From positions 1 to 64,000 of the IMG/VR virus record IMGVR_UViG_3300025270_000009: a DNA stretch of 64,000 bases. The stretch is one strand, 5' to 3'. Below, piece after piece: positions 10,326 through 20,186 of the stretch. The notes under the pieces were generated by a model. That model worked only from the letters and a program-made list of their open reading frames with translations, made no database searches and was not told the DNA's origin. The position numbers and the translations under genes are program-made. Numbering within the stretch: the stretch's first letter is position 1; the number at the start of each line of letters is the position of its first letter. The DNA is from a virus. Taxonomy: Duplodnaviria > Caudoviricetes.

Positions 10326-10739
10326 TCAGTAGTTGTTGAGAAACTCTTCGAGTTTTTCCATAAACTCGCTGTCGATATCTCCAACCGGAATTCTATCTTT
10401 GATAGTGTCCAGTATAGCTCTATCACCTTCGTCAACGACTACACCGCAACGTTGCAAAATATCGTAACGTTCTTTATCCCACGTTTTAAAAACAAGCGTT
10501 GCAAGCTTGAATTTATCGAGGCCGTGAACGTTTTTAGCAAGTGCTTCAACTTTATTCATTGGTAAAACAACACTGCCTTTCTTCGCCATAGAAAGGTTGT
10601 TTTGGTTTCTATAACCAATCAGTCGAGCAATCTCACCAACTGACTTGCCACTGTGTTCAATCGGGCCCTCAATGTAATCTGCTATTGCTTGAGCGCGACG
10701 AGGCTCTTTCTCTTCAGCTAAACTAATTTGTTGTGCCAT
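10326..10739 (-). CDS. XRE-type HTH transcriptional regulator (candidate immunity repressor)
   Basis: HTH-like segment SVGEIARLIGYRNQNNLSMAKKG; stand-alone gene beside the origin. Confidence 0.7.
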   Translation of the reverse strand: MAQQISLAEEKEPRRAQAIADYIEGPIEHSGKSVGEIARLIGYRNQNNLSMAKKGSVVLPMNKVEALAKNVHGLDKFKLATLVFKTWDKERYDILQRCGVVVDEGDRAILDTIKDRIPVGDIDSEFMEKLEEFLNNY

Positions 10740-10859
10740 AACGTTTCTCCAAAAACTGTTTACCAGTACATCCGTTTACCTGGTCTTTTTTTTAAAATCT
10801 CAATTCGAGACAACTTGAAGTATAAGACTTGTTGTATTTGTGTCAATAGATATAAATGA

Positions 10860-11373
10860 CTAATCTCAACTTTTATTCCTAACTGAGTAAAAGTATCTAA
10901 GTTAAGAAAAACTTATTACTCACGCTTTCTATTTTTGGATTAACTAGCTCTTAAACAGTAGTTATTGTTAAAGACATTGAAAGACATTAAAAGAACATTA
11001 CGGTGTTCAAGATCGAGCTGCAAGCGTTGACCGGCTTGAGCTTCAGAAATGGTCTGTCACTCAAAGTACGCGCCGCGTCACCCGTAGTACGCTACTTGTC
11101 ACCTATGGTTCGTAAAAGCGTCACCCAAAGTACGTTACCCAAATCACAGGTTCCTAACAGCTTTTCAACAGCATATTCACAGGCAAAAAGCTGATATTTG
11201 AGGTCAAATAGACCTGTAACCCCTGCCAAACCCCAGTTTTTGCCAAAAAGCGTCACTCAAAGTACGTTATTTCGTCACCTAAAGTACGCGAATTCGATTT
11301 TATGCGTCACTCAAAGTACGTTTCTAATCAGCCCCGTCACCTAAAGTACGTGCAGAGCGTCACCCAAAGTACG
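10860..11373. other. Plasmid replication origin (AT-rich region plus iterons)
   Basis: AT-rich tract with three AAGA(C/A)CATT-like repeats (about 10970-11000), followed by two iteron clusters immediately downstream of rep. Confidence 0.8.
11056..11373 (+). repeat. Nine 15-bp iterons, consensus GTCACYCAAAGTACG
   Basis: Copies start at 11056, 11077, 11098, 11120 (21-22 bp period) and at 11252, 11274, 11306, 11336, 11359. Confidence 0.92.
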
Positions 11374-11375
11374 TG

Positions 11376-12356
11376 TCACTCCCCTGCCAAGCCGTCTCTT
11401 ATTGCTTTGGCTGACATATTGATCCGGTAAAAGGTAATGCTGTCTCTCTTGCCGTCTCCCAGGTCGATAGTTAATCCGGGTAGCCCTTTCTCCTTGAGAA
11501 GCTTTCTCAACTTGTACTTGTACTGCCTGAACGTGTTTTGACTGTTAGAGCGGCGGTAGAGGTTTTTATAGCTGATAGTGAAAGCCTCTTTTTTATACAT
11601 CATCGTCGTCACTATCATGTAAACAACAACAAGCATTGGCTGGCTTATAGAAAGAAGCTCCCTGTCAAAAATTCGGGTAGCTGTCTTCTCTATAAACTCT
11701 TTTGCAAGAAACGGCGACACTCTGACTTGAATAGCCGCTGTTACAGTTCTGCCGTCCTGCTTTTTCACTTCGAGCCGCTTCGAGCTTTCAATGAACCGTT
11801 CGTCATTAACCAGGTTCAATTGGTCACCGGCTTGGTACTCTTCAATTTGGTCAGTGTCGAATTCATCTTCAACACTGGTCTTCACAAACTTGTACTCTGT
11901 ACCTTTGAGCCTTCTTATCGCCCTCTCAAAGTCCTCATAGTGCTTGCCGCTCGGGTTAGGTATTCCAATGAACTTAAAGTAGTCCCTGGCTTTTATAGTG
12001 AACTCGTTTCTCGGGCTGTCAGAATTATCTTCAACACCCTTTGTTCTAAAGCCCCTTTTTATGGCACCTATGTAGCCGATGATCAGCAAGTCACTGACTA
12101 TTGGCATACCCGCCTCTTTATCAACCACATTGACGCACATACGATACTTACCATCCGGCGATACGTAGTCAGGCATTTCCGTCTGGTGCTTTCTCAGCGA
12201 AAAGAAGTTGTTCTGAGCCATTAACAGGTGGTGAACCGGCTCATCCTGCAGTGGCGAGTCGTAAAGCGCTTCTGATGGAGGGTAATAAGGCGACACATCC
12301 CCCTCTGATGGGGGAATGAAGTCTAAGTCCAGTTGCTTACCCTTTTTATCTGCCAT
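11376..12356 (-). CDS. repA: Plasmid replication initiator protein (RepA/RPA-like)
   Basis: Motifs GMPIVSDLLIIGYI and SGKHYEDFERAIRRLKGT; abuts the iterons; last gene of the par operon. Confidence 0.8.
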   Translation of the reverse strand: MADKKGKQLDLDFIPPSEGDVSPYYPPSEALYDSPLQDEPVHHLLMAQNNFFSLRKHQTEMPDYVSPDGKYRMCVNVVDKEAGMPIVSDLLIIGYIGAIKRGFRTKGVEDNSDSPRNEFTIKARDYFKFIGIPNPSGKHYEDFERAIRRLKGTEYKFVKTSVEDEFDTDQIEEYQAGDQLNLVNDERFIESSKRLEVKKQDGRTVTAAIQVRVSPFLAKEFIEKTATRIFDRELLSISQPMLVVVYMIVTTMMYKKEAFTISYKNLYRRSNSQNTFRQYKYKLRKLLKEKGLPGLTIDLGDGKRDSITFYRINMSAKAIRDGLAGE

Positions 12357-12357
12357 G

Positions 12358-12615
12358 TTAAATCACCTTGAGGCGCTTCAGTTTCTTCTCTATTTCGCCC
12401 GAGATAAAGTCCTGCATTGATATGTCTTCAGTAAGGCAGTGCATTCTCAGCGCCTTATGAATTGACTCGGGAAGTTGGACACGGACATTCTTCATCGGCT
12501 CTCTGCTTCTGTCAACAGGCTTAGCCTCTGCCTCTTCGCTCTTGCTGAACGGATGCTCTTCGCCCTTCTTTTGAAGATCGACAGGTCTTGCTTTTCCTCT
12601 ACCTTGAATACCCAT
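12358..12615 (-). CDS. Ribbon-helix-helix partition adaptor (ParG-like)
   Basis: C-terminal RHH pattern KNVRVQLPESIHKALRMHC...SMQDFI; coupled to parA. Confidence 0.8.
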   Translation of the reverse strand: MGIQGRGKARPVDLQKKGEEHPFSKSEEAEAKPVDRSREPMKNVRVQLPESIHKALRMHCLTEDISMQDFISGEIEKKLKRLKVI

Positions 12616-13304
12616 TATTGTTCCTCATTCAGTAGTTGCTCAACATCATCACAGAATCGTTTCATAAAGAAAACAGGATTTTCATAAGCCACTTTTCTGC
12701 TTTTCGGCAGCTTTTCGATAGCGTCAAAAAGCGTCAGGCCTTCGCTCATTGCTTCACCGATTTTTACACTGTTAGGTAGTGCTGAATCGAAATACGGAAA
12801 GTCGTCTTCTTCCACCATTTTCTTCAGGTTAGAGCTCGATTTTTGGCTGCGAGTGAATTTGGTCTTAACCACGCCAACAAAAGCTGAAGACTGGCCGGAT
12901 TGAACCATTTTCATCATTGAATCGATAGCCGGCCTGGTTGCTGCATAGCCTAACTCGTCCGGTGACACTGGAACTATAACGATATCTGCGAAGGTTACAA
13001 TCTCCTTGTGAACATCTGAGTATCCCAACTGAGTGTCTATCACAAGAACATCCACACCTTCATCAGCAATTTCCTCAGCTAGTTCAGTAGGACTTTGGTT
13101 AGGTTGTAACTCCCAAACTCTCGGGGAATGTAAGTCTGGATGATTGGCCTTACGAACATCATAAAAGAGAGATATACCTCTTTGGGGATCTCCCTCCATA
13201 ACTCCTATTGTTTGTTCGGATGAACATAAGTGTTGTGCGATGTGAGAAGCGATGGGAGTTTTACCCACACCTCCTTTGGGATTGATGATAGCTATTACTT
13301 TCAT
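12615..13304 (-). CDS. parA: ParA partition ATPase (type Ib)
   Basis: Deviant Walker A NPKGGVGKT. The ATG at 13304 has a CAGGAG RBS, so it is preferred over the ORF-track start at 13340. Confidence 0.9.
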   Translation of the reverse strand: MKVIAIINPKGGVGKTPIASHIAQHLCSSEQTIGVMEGDPQRGISLFYDVRKANHPDLHSPRVWELQPNQSPTELAEEIADEGVDVLVIDTQLGYSDVHKEIVTFADIVIVPVSPDELGYAATRPAIDSMMKMVQSGQSSAFVGVVKTKFTRSQKSSSNLKKMVEEDDFPYFDSALPNSVKIGEAMSEGLTLFDAIEKLPKSRKVAYENPVFFMKRFCDDVEQLLNEEQ

Positions 13305-13504
13305 TTGAATCTCCTGCTGAATGTTTGAATGGATCGCCATATATCCATCATTCCAAACTATAAGAGTTATTTACTAACTTCGCAACGTCCTGAGAGAAGT
13401 TTTTACATTGGGATGATACGATGATCATTAGTTCATTTGTTCATTGAGAGGGAGAGAGGTTTGAAGTGGGGGAGGGCAGTAAGTAATTACCACCCTCCGT
13501 TTGA

Positions 13505-14845
13505 TTATCTCACCTTATATCCTTTGGGTTTAGCTTCTCCACCTCCTATGAGAGTAGGGGAGATAAATACAATCTTCACTTTTGATCTTCCCTCTCCATA
13601 AGGCTGTTTTCTCAAGTGTCCGCGTCGCCAGTGAGCTGACTTTCCAGCTCCTTCTTTCGATGCTGCATAAAGCTTATCAACCGGCTCCGTACTCTGTATG
13701 AGTATGTGCTGTCTAGCCTTTCTTAAGCGCTTTTGTTTCTTCTTGAGCTTCGCTTTGTTTCTTGTTTCTTTAACAGAGTGGAGTAGGGGAGTTAGCTCAT
13801 CAACTTCTGCTTTTACTGCCGAACTGCTATTTATGAACAATAAAACGGTAACCAGATAATCGATAAGAACACCGATTTCTGACGCAAAAATGTCAGTAGT
13901 AGGCTGCACCTTTGCAACACCAATGACGGCATCAATTTCGCGATAAATTTCTAAGTGAGCTTCTAACACCTCGCCAATTTCTAAATCTTTATTATCGTCA
14001 AATACCAGGGCAATATCTTTCGTTGCGTCATCGAGAAGGTTTTCTTTGCCGAGAGGTGAGCCAACAAAAGTCAATTCAACTCTTCTGAGTTTGTCCGAGT
14101 CGAGACTAATAATGCCTCTTTTGCTAAGCTCTTTAGACACCGGCATTTCCTTTATGTGCTCCGGGTCTGAATACTCGTTTATGTAGCAACCCTCAACCTG
14201 ATGCTTTCCGCTGACTTCGTGAGTAACGAAAAGATCCAAATTGCGGTCCTGGCCAAACTCTATAAAGCAAAAGGGCAGGGGGCTTCTGAAAAATGAAGTC
14301 GGTGTATCTTTAGCAAAGTCTGTTCTTAACAGTGCGTGGGACAGGGCGTCTTCAATTTGAAAAGTAGGGCGGTCTCTTAGAATCCAGGAATAAACCATTA
14401 AGTTCAGCTGAAAATTTCCCAGGTTGGAATCCCTGCCTTCTTTGTTAAATTCACCCATTACTTCGGATGCTTCCGGCAGCGTTTCAAAAAACTCACCAAA
14501 GGCCTGACTGAACGAAAGTCCGGATCCGACCCGTTGGTACAGTCTCATTACGGCAGTCGCAACTCTGTCCGGTGGTGCTACCGCAACCATCATTTCGAAC
14601 GGGAATATACCGTTCACTGTCAATCTCATGGGATGAGGTAGCAGCATCAGGTCTTTAGACTTGGTTGCTTCTTTTGACAAAAAGAAGGGGTCTTCCTTGA
14701 AATTGTCTACAAACAACTGACGTGTTCTGAAGAAGTCTTCGTTGAAGTCTTTCTTTTGGTGAAAGGCGTTCCAACCTTTGCAGTAATACGTTGTTTGCTC
14801 GATGAATTTGAGCATCATCTTTATTTCATGATCTGTTGTGGCCAT
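13505..14845 (-). CDS. Hypothetical 446-aa protein with C-terminal HWRRGH motif
   Basis: Long ORF with GGAG RBS; basic tail AHWRRGHLRKQPYG. Confidence 0.7.
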   Translation of the reverse strand: MATTDHEIKMMLKFIEQTTYYCKGWNAFHQKKDFNEDFFRTRQLFVDNFKEDPFFLSKEATKSKDLMLLPHPMRLTVNGIFPFEMMVAVAPPDRVATAVMRLYQRVGSGLSFSQAFGEFFETLPEASEVMGEFNKEGRDSNLGNFQLNLMVYSWILRDRPTFQIEDALSHALLRTDFAKDTPTSFFRSPLPFCFIEFGQDRNLDLFVTHEVSGKHQVEGCYINEYSDPEHIKEMPVSKELSKRGIISLDSDKLRRVELTFVGSPLGKENLLDDATKDIALVFDDNKDLEIGEVLEAHLEIYREIDAVIGVAKVQPTTDIFASEIGVLIDYLVTVLLFINSSSAVKAEVDELTPLLHSVKETRNKAKLKKKQKRLRKARQHILIQSTEPVDKLYAASKEGAGKSAHWRRGHLRKQPYGEGRSKVKIVFISPTLIGGGEAKPKGYKVR

Positions 14846-15047
14846 AGAGCTCTCCGTTGCTGAATGCTCTACGATAATACGTTAACAAGCTCAGGGAGCA
14901 AAACTTACAATTAAGATATTTGCCTTACGATCATAAAGCGGCATTTAACATAATGATATTTTATTTATATTTCAGAATTTCTATTACGGATGGTTTTTAA
15001 AGCCCTTTGAAATAAGGGCTTTGGAGATACCTGTATATATTTTAGCC

Positions 15048-15075
15048 ATTTAACATAATCAGGATTATACGCAAT
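15048..15075 (-). other. dif-like XerC/XerD recombination site
   Basis: The - strand reads ATTGCGTATAA-TCCTGA-TTATGTTAAAT. The XerD arm is identical to that of E. coli dif, with a 6-bp spacer and a XerC-like arm. Confidence 0.88.
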
Positions 15076-15103
15076 TAACGATCTCTTGGTGAAAAGTAGA
15101 TCG

Positions 15104-15784
15104 TCAGTACTTTATTAAGTCAGAGAGCTCGTCAGAATTGTCGATAATGATGTTTTGCGAGTCTTCTAGCAACTCTACCCACGGCTTCCCGGTTATCATC
15201 AATGACTCAAACTCAAGCCCGGACAAAGCCAGAGGCTTGTTATTGTGAAGTTCGTAAAATACAAGGTCCGAGTGTATGTGTCGGGGTTGCATACGAACGA
15301 TGTTTTGACAGTATTCCGGCACTTTTCTGCATTGCTTGGCGTATTCTTTCCAGGTCATTTCCATGACTTCTGTTAAATTTTGCTCGCTTGCTAACGCATA
15401 AAGAAAGCAACGCCGTCTCGGTATCGTCATTTTTTTAAGCCAGCCTTCAAGTTCGCTTAACACCATTACAGGTTCCTTCAAAACTGGCCTTCTTAAGAGT
15501 GGTGCATCCATGCCTATCTCTCTCGCTCTATCAATACAGTCTTTAAAATAATCAACTGCTCGTTGGGCTTTGGTTCGGTCATGCTCTCTCATTAACTGAT
15601 ATGCCAGTACAGAGTAATCTAGTCGGGTAACGGTATCGACCGCTTTGTTCCATACTTTAAGTGATTGAATTCGTTCGCTTGAAAAGTATTCAAAAGAACG
15701 ATCTATTACCTGACTCACTGACGCCATGTCCAAACTCCTTTTAGCCTTTACGTCAGTTATACTCAAAAAAGAAAGGGGGCTCAA
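15104..15784 (-). CDS. Hypothetical protein, possibly a degenerate tyrosine-recombinase fold
   Basis: Segment RRRCFLYALASEQNLTEVMEMTW resembles integrase box I without the catalytic Arg; the start may be the downstream Met (MASVS). Confidence 0.45.
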   Translation of the reverse strand: MSPLSFLSITDVKAKRSLDMASVSQVIDRSFEYFSSERIQSLKVWNKAVDTVTRLDYSVLAYQLMREHDRTKAQRAVDYFKDCIDRAREIGMDAPLLRRPVLKEPVMVLSELEGWLKKMTIPRRRCFLYALASEQNLTEVMEMTWKEYAKQCRKVPEYCQNIVRMQPRHIHSDLVFYELHNNKPLALSGLEFESLMITGKPWVELLEDSQNIIIDNSDELSDLIKY

Positions 15785-15794
15785 GCCCCCTTTT
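15772..15794. terminator. Rho-independent terminator
   Basis: AAAGGGGGCT-CA-AGCCCCCTTTT, flanked by A and T runs. Confidence 0.65.
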
Positions 15795-15802
15795 CTTATA
15801 TT

Positions 15803-16360
15803 TTACAGATTGAGTGAATCTGAAATTTCGTCACACATCATGTATGTCTTAGGTAACTGAGACCTTTTTATAACCAAGTTGTAGTTCGCCTTTGAAGCAG
15901 ACATTGCTGATTCTCTAGCCTCTTCCTCATTAAACCTGTAGTTTTCAACAAGTTTTGACGTTTTGTCGGTCAAAAAGACAGTGAAAAGCTCAATACTGTC
16001 GAATCTACCAATTATAGACTCTACCTGATTGATGCCATTTGCATCCGTATAGATAACAGCTCTTCTTTCATCACCAGAGTTTAAAGCCTCTTCAAGATCA
16101 GACATCGTGCTGTAAATGATTCCATTTTCGAAACAGCTTGTCTCTATTGCTGAGCCTTCTTGTATCTCTTTAATTGCTTGTTTTCTATCGACTACCTTCA
16201 TACACTCACTATTTTTGTCAGTAGTCTTGCCAGGAACAATGCTGAATTTGAGTCTTTTGAAAAGGTCCTCGCGAAACTCATCTGCAAGCTCAAAACCTTT
16301 AGCGATGGTTACCGCTAAAACGATAATTCTGTTGCTACTTAAACTCATCAAATCCCTCAC
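15803..16360 (-). CDS. Guanylate-kinase-like protein (degenerate)
   Basis: IETSCFENGIIYST and VIYTDANGINQV resemble the GMP-binding region of Gmk; no intact P-loop. Confidence 0.45.
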   Translation of the reverse strand: MRDLMSLSSNRIIVLAVTIAKGFELADEFREDLFKRLKFSIVPGKTTDKNSECMKVVDRKQAIKEIQEGSAIETSCFENGIIYSTMSDLEEALNSGDERRAVIYTDANGINQVESIIGRFDSIELFTVFLTDKTSKLVENYRFNEEEARESAMSASKANYNLVIKRSQLPKTYMMCDEISDSLNL

Positions 16361-17697
16361 GAATAGCTTACTGTGTCTTTGTCGAAGCGTGGACGCTCAA
16401 AGGCCGGGTGGCGCAAGCTTCCATCTTTCGTCTTTTCCATGTACGAGATTTCGATTATGTTACCGATATACTCATCACGGTTTTTCCATATTCTCAAGCG
16501 ATCAGAATACGGACGCTCCGACAAATCGGTTAGCTCATCTTCTTCGCCAGTAATGTTTGTTAAACCGCTACCAACATTAACTCTGACACCTTCAAAGTCA
16601 ACAACGAAAGCACCGGCTTTACCTTTTATCTCACCCTGGCCCTCAACAACATCGACAACACGAACGTCAACCGTCTCTTTTGGTTTCAGCTTCAGCCAGC
16701 CCTTATTCTTTCTGTTTTTGTAGGGCATATCTGGCTGCTTCACTATGGCGCCTTCCAAACCCTGCTCTCTGAAGTTTTCGTAGTGGAAACGAATGTCACT
16801 GAGAGTCTTGGCAATCGAACTTGGTACCGGCTCTAAACTCACTAATTTTTCATCCGAGCTTAAGTAGTTCGAGCGAGCTCTTAACTGACGCTCTCTAAGC
16901 TCAGACATAAGTACTTTAGTTTTTCCCTCAAATTCGTCAAGAGAAAGATAGCAAAATGCTAAGAACTTTGCATTTTCAGCGTTGTTATGCGAACCGAGCT
17001 GACTCATTGTCCCGTCAAATGAACCATCGCCGGCCATTCCTTCTACTTCTATCAAGAAACTGTCACCGGGTAGACCAATCGCTTCTGCGTCTTTGCGGCA
17101 CTGCTCTGAAAGGACTGGTTTTAAGTGCTCCAGGCTCTTAACATCAAAACCTTCTCGACTGAGAATTTGAAAGACGCCATTTTTCATTCTTAATTCCAGA
17201 CGCATACCGTCATGCTTAGGTTCAATGAATACCGGCAGCTGATCTACGTGCTTCTCGTCATAAGTCAGGCCTCTCATAACTTCAAACTCGTAAATGTCTA
17301 CGTGTTTGCCTATGACCGACTTTCCAATACCAACCAGACCTGTTTTAGCAAGCAATGCTTTCATCAACTGATGGTGCTCTTCAGACTTCGCCGCAATGAC
17401 AAGCCTTTCTTCTTCAAGTTCTCGCTTTGCTTTTGCTTTGAGTTCGGTGTGTTTCTTAGCCAGATCCACCATTTGCTGAAGGCATTCAGCTGTTACCGGA
17501 TCACCGCTTGGAATGAGGCCTTCAAACTCACCTTCTATGAACTTGCGTGAAACATGAAACTTCTGATTCTTGTCGTAGCACATGAAAAGATAATCTTTTA
17601 TTGGTGCCGACTCCGCTTCAAGTCCGGCTATCAGACTCTCTAGTTGGTCTTTGTGAATCTTCTCCTGCGTTGCAGTCACTAGCTTGTTAAACATCAT
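16357..17697 (-). CDS. ATP-dependent DNA ligase
   Basis: Motif I EPKHDGMR, EGAIVK, WLKLKP, OB domain with NVGSG and SLRHP. Confidence 0.93.
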   Translation of the reverse strand: MMFNKLVTATQEKIHKDQLESLIAGLEAESAPIKDYLFMCYDKNQKFHVSRKFIEGEFEGLIPSGDPVTAECLQQMVDLAKKHTELKAKAKRELEEERLVIAAKSEEHHQLMKALLAKTGLVGIGKSVIGKHVDIYEFEVMRGLTYDEKHVDQLPVFIEPKHDGMRLELRMKNGVFQILSREGFDVKSLEHLKPVLSEQCRKDAEAIGLPGDSFLIEVEGMAGDGSFDGTMSQLGSHNNAENAKFLAFCYLSLDEFEGKTKVLMSELRERQLRARSNYLSSDEKLVSLEPVPSSIAKTLSDIRFHYENFREQGLEGAIVKQPDMPYKNRKNKGWLKLKPKETVDVRVVDVVEGQGEIKGKAGAFVVDFEGVRVNVGSGLTNITGEEDELTDLSERPYSDRLRIWKNRDEYIGNIIEISYMEKTKDGSLRHPAFERPRFDKDTVSYS

Positions 17698-17780
17698 TTC
17701 CTCTTTTTATTGCTGAATGCGAAAGAATGATATCAGTGAATAAAAGTAAGTAAACACTGAAATACTAACCCACTTAAATT

Positions 17781-18869
17781 TTATTTCCTCAGTCTGTCTA
17801 ATACTGAAAACTTCCAGTTAACCTCTTTGGCCTGATTGAATGCAGCAAGAACTTCTGACGGTTTGGCCGAGTCAGGGTCGTGACCGTCTTTTAATTCGCA
17901 AACCATGCACTTCAGGCCTGAGACTTTTTGAAGCGCATACGCTTCTTTTTTGGCGCTCGCTATCGTCTTCTCCTCACCATCCCACATAAAATAAACGGTC
18001 TTGAGACCGTTTCTTTTCAAATCCAAAAGCTGAGACAATTGAGAGTCTGTGTCGAGACTGTTAGATAAAGTCTTGCCAAAAGTCCCCAAAGCTACACCAT
18101 CGATACCGTTTTGCTCGAGAATTCTCTCCATTGCATAAACGGAAAACACGCCTTCGCAGAGAACAGCCGTTTCCGCTCCTACGGCATTGTGAGCGTTATA
18201 CAGATATCTTCCCGTAGCCGGTAGACCAGAAGCCATGAGGTACTTTCTATCAGACTCACCAGTTACATCCCGACCCTGAAAGGTAACCAAGTTACCCTCC
18301 ATGTCTCTTACCGGGATGAGAACCCGACCTGAGAAGTACTGTCGCTTCTTTTCGCCGTTAAGAACAAACTCGTGATACCCATTAGAAGAGTATCTCAAGC
18401 CATGCTTTTTAGTCTGCTCTTTAGTAACACCGCGATCCGTTAAGTATTTGAGGTTTTTGCCGCTCTCAGTCGGTAGCTCATGAGACTCGGGCAATTTTAG
18501 GTCGGTAATGTCGACCTCTTTCACCTGTTTCTTCTCAACTTTTGGGCGCCAACCCATAGAGTCATTAAACTGACGTATGGTTTTTACAGCAGGGCCGTTC
18601 TCCAAACCCATGTGTGCCGCCACAAAAGTGACCTTGTTGAACCAGGGATCATCAACACAAGCGCCGTGAAAGCAGTTGCCCACTCCAGTGTCCCGGTTGA
18701 TAAACACCTTCCAGTCCTTGCCGCCGCACCGTGGGCATTCCTTTAGGTTCAGCTGCTCTCCGGAGCGACCGTGTTTGACGTTATAATCAACACCCTGGTC
18801 GTCTAGCCAAACTTCTAAATCGAACTCCTCCAGGAGCTCGTCAATGCTGCTATTGGTGCGGCGATTCAT
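17781..18869 (-). CDS. DNA primase (zinc-binding domain plus TOPRIM)
   Basis: CPRC...CFH..C, FQGR, CEGVFS, WDGE, HDPD. The ATG at 18869 overlaps the helicase stop as TGATG. Confidence 0.88.
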   Translation of the reverse strand: MNRRTNSSIDELLEEFDLEVWLDDQGVDYNVKHGRSGEQLNLKECPRCGGKDWKVFINRDTGVGNCFHGACVDDPWFNKVTFVAAHMGLENGPAVKTIRQFNDSMGWRPKVEKKQVKEVDITDLKLPESHELPTESGKNLKYLTDRGVTKEQTKKHGLRYSSNGYHEFVLNGEKKRQYFSGRVLIPVRDMEGNLVTFQGRDVTGESDRKYLMASGLPATGRYLYNAHNAVGAETAVLCEGVFSVYAMERILEQNGIDGVALGTFGKTLSNSLDTDSQLSQLLDLKRNGLKTVYFMWDGEEKTIASAKKEAYALQKVSGLKCMVCELKDGHDPDSAKPSEVLAAFNQAKEVNWKFSVLDRLRK

Positions 18870-20185
18870 CAGGTTATCTCCAGTACTTCGGTGATAAATT
18901 GCTGACACTCGAGGTTATTTTTAACCCGAACAGTCATCTTGCCCCGTTGGTTACGTGATGCAGCAAAGAATAGTCGAGATTCTCCGGCTGCTAGCTCATC
19001 CTCTGTCGCGTTGATTGAGATAACCAAGTCGGCAATACGAATCTTGTTGATGTCGTCTGAAACGTCAGTGTCGTCAGCAACAGTTCGTTTCATGCCTTCA
19101 CGGTTAGTCTGAGTAGCAGACAGAACAGCAAGGTCGTGCACTTTTGCAATGTCACGAACACCCGTCCAAATGTTCTTCGAGTTTTCTTGCTTGTCATTCA
19201 TCCAACGGTCGGGAGCCATGATGTCGAGGTAATCTACAACCAGTAAATCAACCTTCTCACCACGCGCCTCATAGTCTTCAATAATCCGCTCTAAATCCAT
19301 AGGGCGGAATGTCGATGCCGGGAATTCGTAAATATCAAACTTACCGGCTCGCTCACTGACTTTCTTGACCTCATCAAGAGTCATCTTCATTTTCTTGGAC
19401 AGTTCGGCCATAGGTACGCCAGAAATGTTCGAATCAATACGATCCGAGATAATTTCTTTACTTACCTCGAGAGAAACGCCAACTACGTTGTACCCCTGAA
19501 GGGCAATGCGCTGAGCGAAATCCCAAATGGCCATTGTCTTACCGCGCTTGGCTCCGGCCATGAAAACGGTAAGCTCTTTAATGCCGAGACCCTTGTGGTG
19601 AAGCAGGTTGTCAAATTGACGGATGCCAGTCGGGATGCCGTTTGGCTTAATTTTCCCTTCAGCAATGTCAACGCGGCGTTTAAAGCGGTCACTAGATTTC
19701 TCAAAAAAGTCGTAAGCTTCGACGCCAATTGACTTGCCGACCTTTGAAGCGCTTTCGAATAGCTCCATGATGGAGTCAAAGTCGCCTTTTTCGTGCAAAT
19801 CGACCGAGCGCTCAATGGCGTCGCGAATTGCTGCGTGCCGAGCGAACTTGGAAACTTGGTCGGCGTAGTACTCGTGATCTTGCAAGTCTGCTTTGTAGAT
19901 TTTTCGAACTCGATCCTTAACGTCCTCGACAAGCTTCTTAGGGATTCGTTGAGAGCTGATTGCACTGTGAAGCTCCTCCTTCAAAACGCTCGTGTCTGAC
20001 AACACCGACTCGTAAACTTCAAAATGGCGGTTTGCCAGCTCTATTAGGCAGCCGACAGCCGGGTCTTCAAAATAATCCGGCTGAACCAATGTCTTAGTTT
20101 TCTTTGCAAACTGAAGGTGCCGCATCTGTAATGCGGCAATCTTCAGCTGAAAGTCTTCAGTGAATTCATAGGTTACTTCGCTCAT
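18869..20185 (-). CDS. DnaB-like replicative helicase
   Basis: Motifs AGAKRGKT, SLEVS, VVDYLD, SATQTNR, IADLVI. Confidence 0.92.
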   Translation of the reverse strand: MSEVTYEFTEDFQLKIAALQMRHLQFAKKTKTLVQPDYFEDPAVGCLIELANRHFEVYESVLSDTSVLKEELHSAISSQRIPKKLVEDVKDRVRKIYKADLQDHEYYADQVSKFARHAAIRDAIERSVDLHEKGDFDSIMELFESASKVGKSIGVEAYDFFEKSSDRFKRRVDIAEGKIKPNGIPTGIRQFDNLLHHKGLGIKELTVFMAGAKRGKTMAIWDFAQRIALQGYNVVGVSLEVSKEIISDRIDSNISGVPMAELSKKMKMTLDEVKKVSERAGKFDIYEFPASTFRPMDLERIIEDYEARGEKVDLLVVDYLDIMAPDRWMNDKQENSKNIWTGVRDIAKVHDLAVLSATQTNREGMKRTVADDTDVSDDINKIRIADLVISINATEDELAAGESRLFFAASRNQRGKMTVRVKNNLECQQFITEVLEIT

Positions 20186-20186
20186 T

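Noticed and set aside
11056-11373. Short regularly spaced repeats as a CRISPR array
   Set aside because: The repeats are 15 bp with mostly 6-17 bp gaps, lie next to rep, and there are no cas genes, so they are iterons. The ORF 11003-11194 across them is likely spurious.
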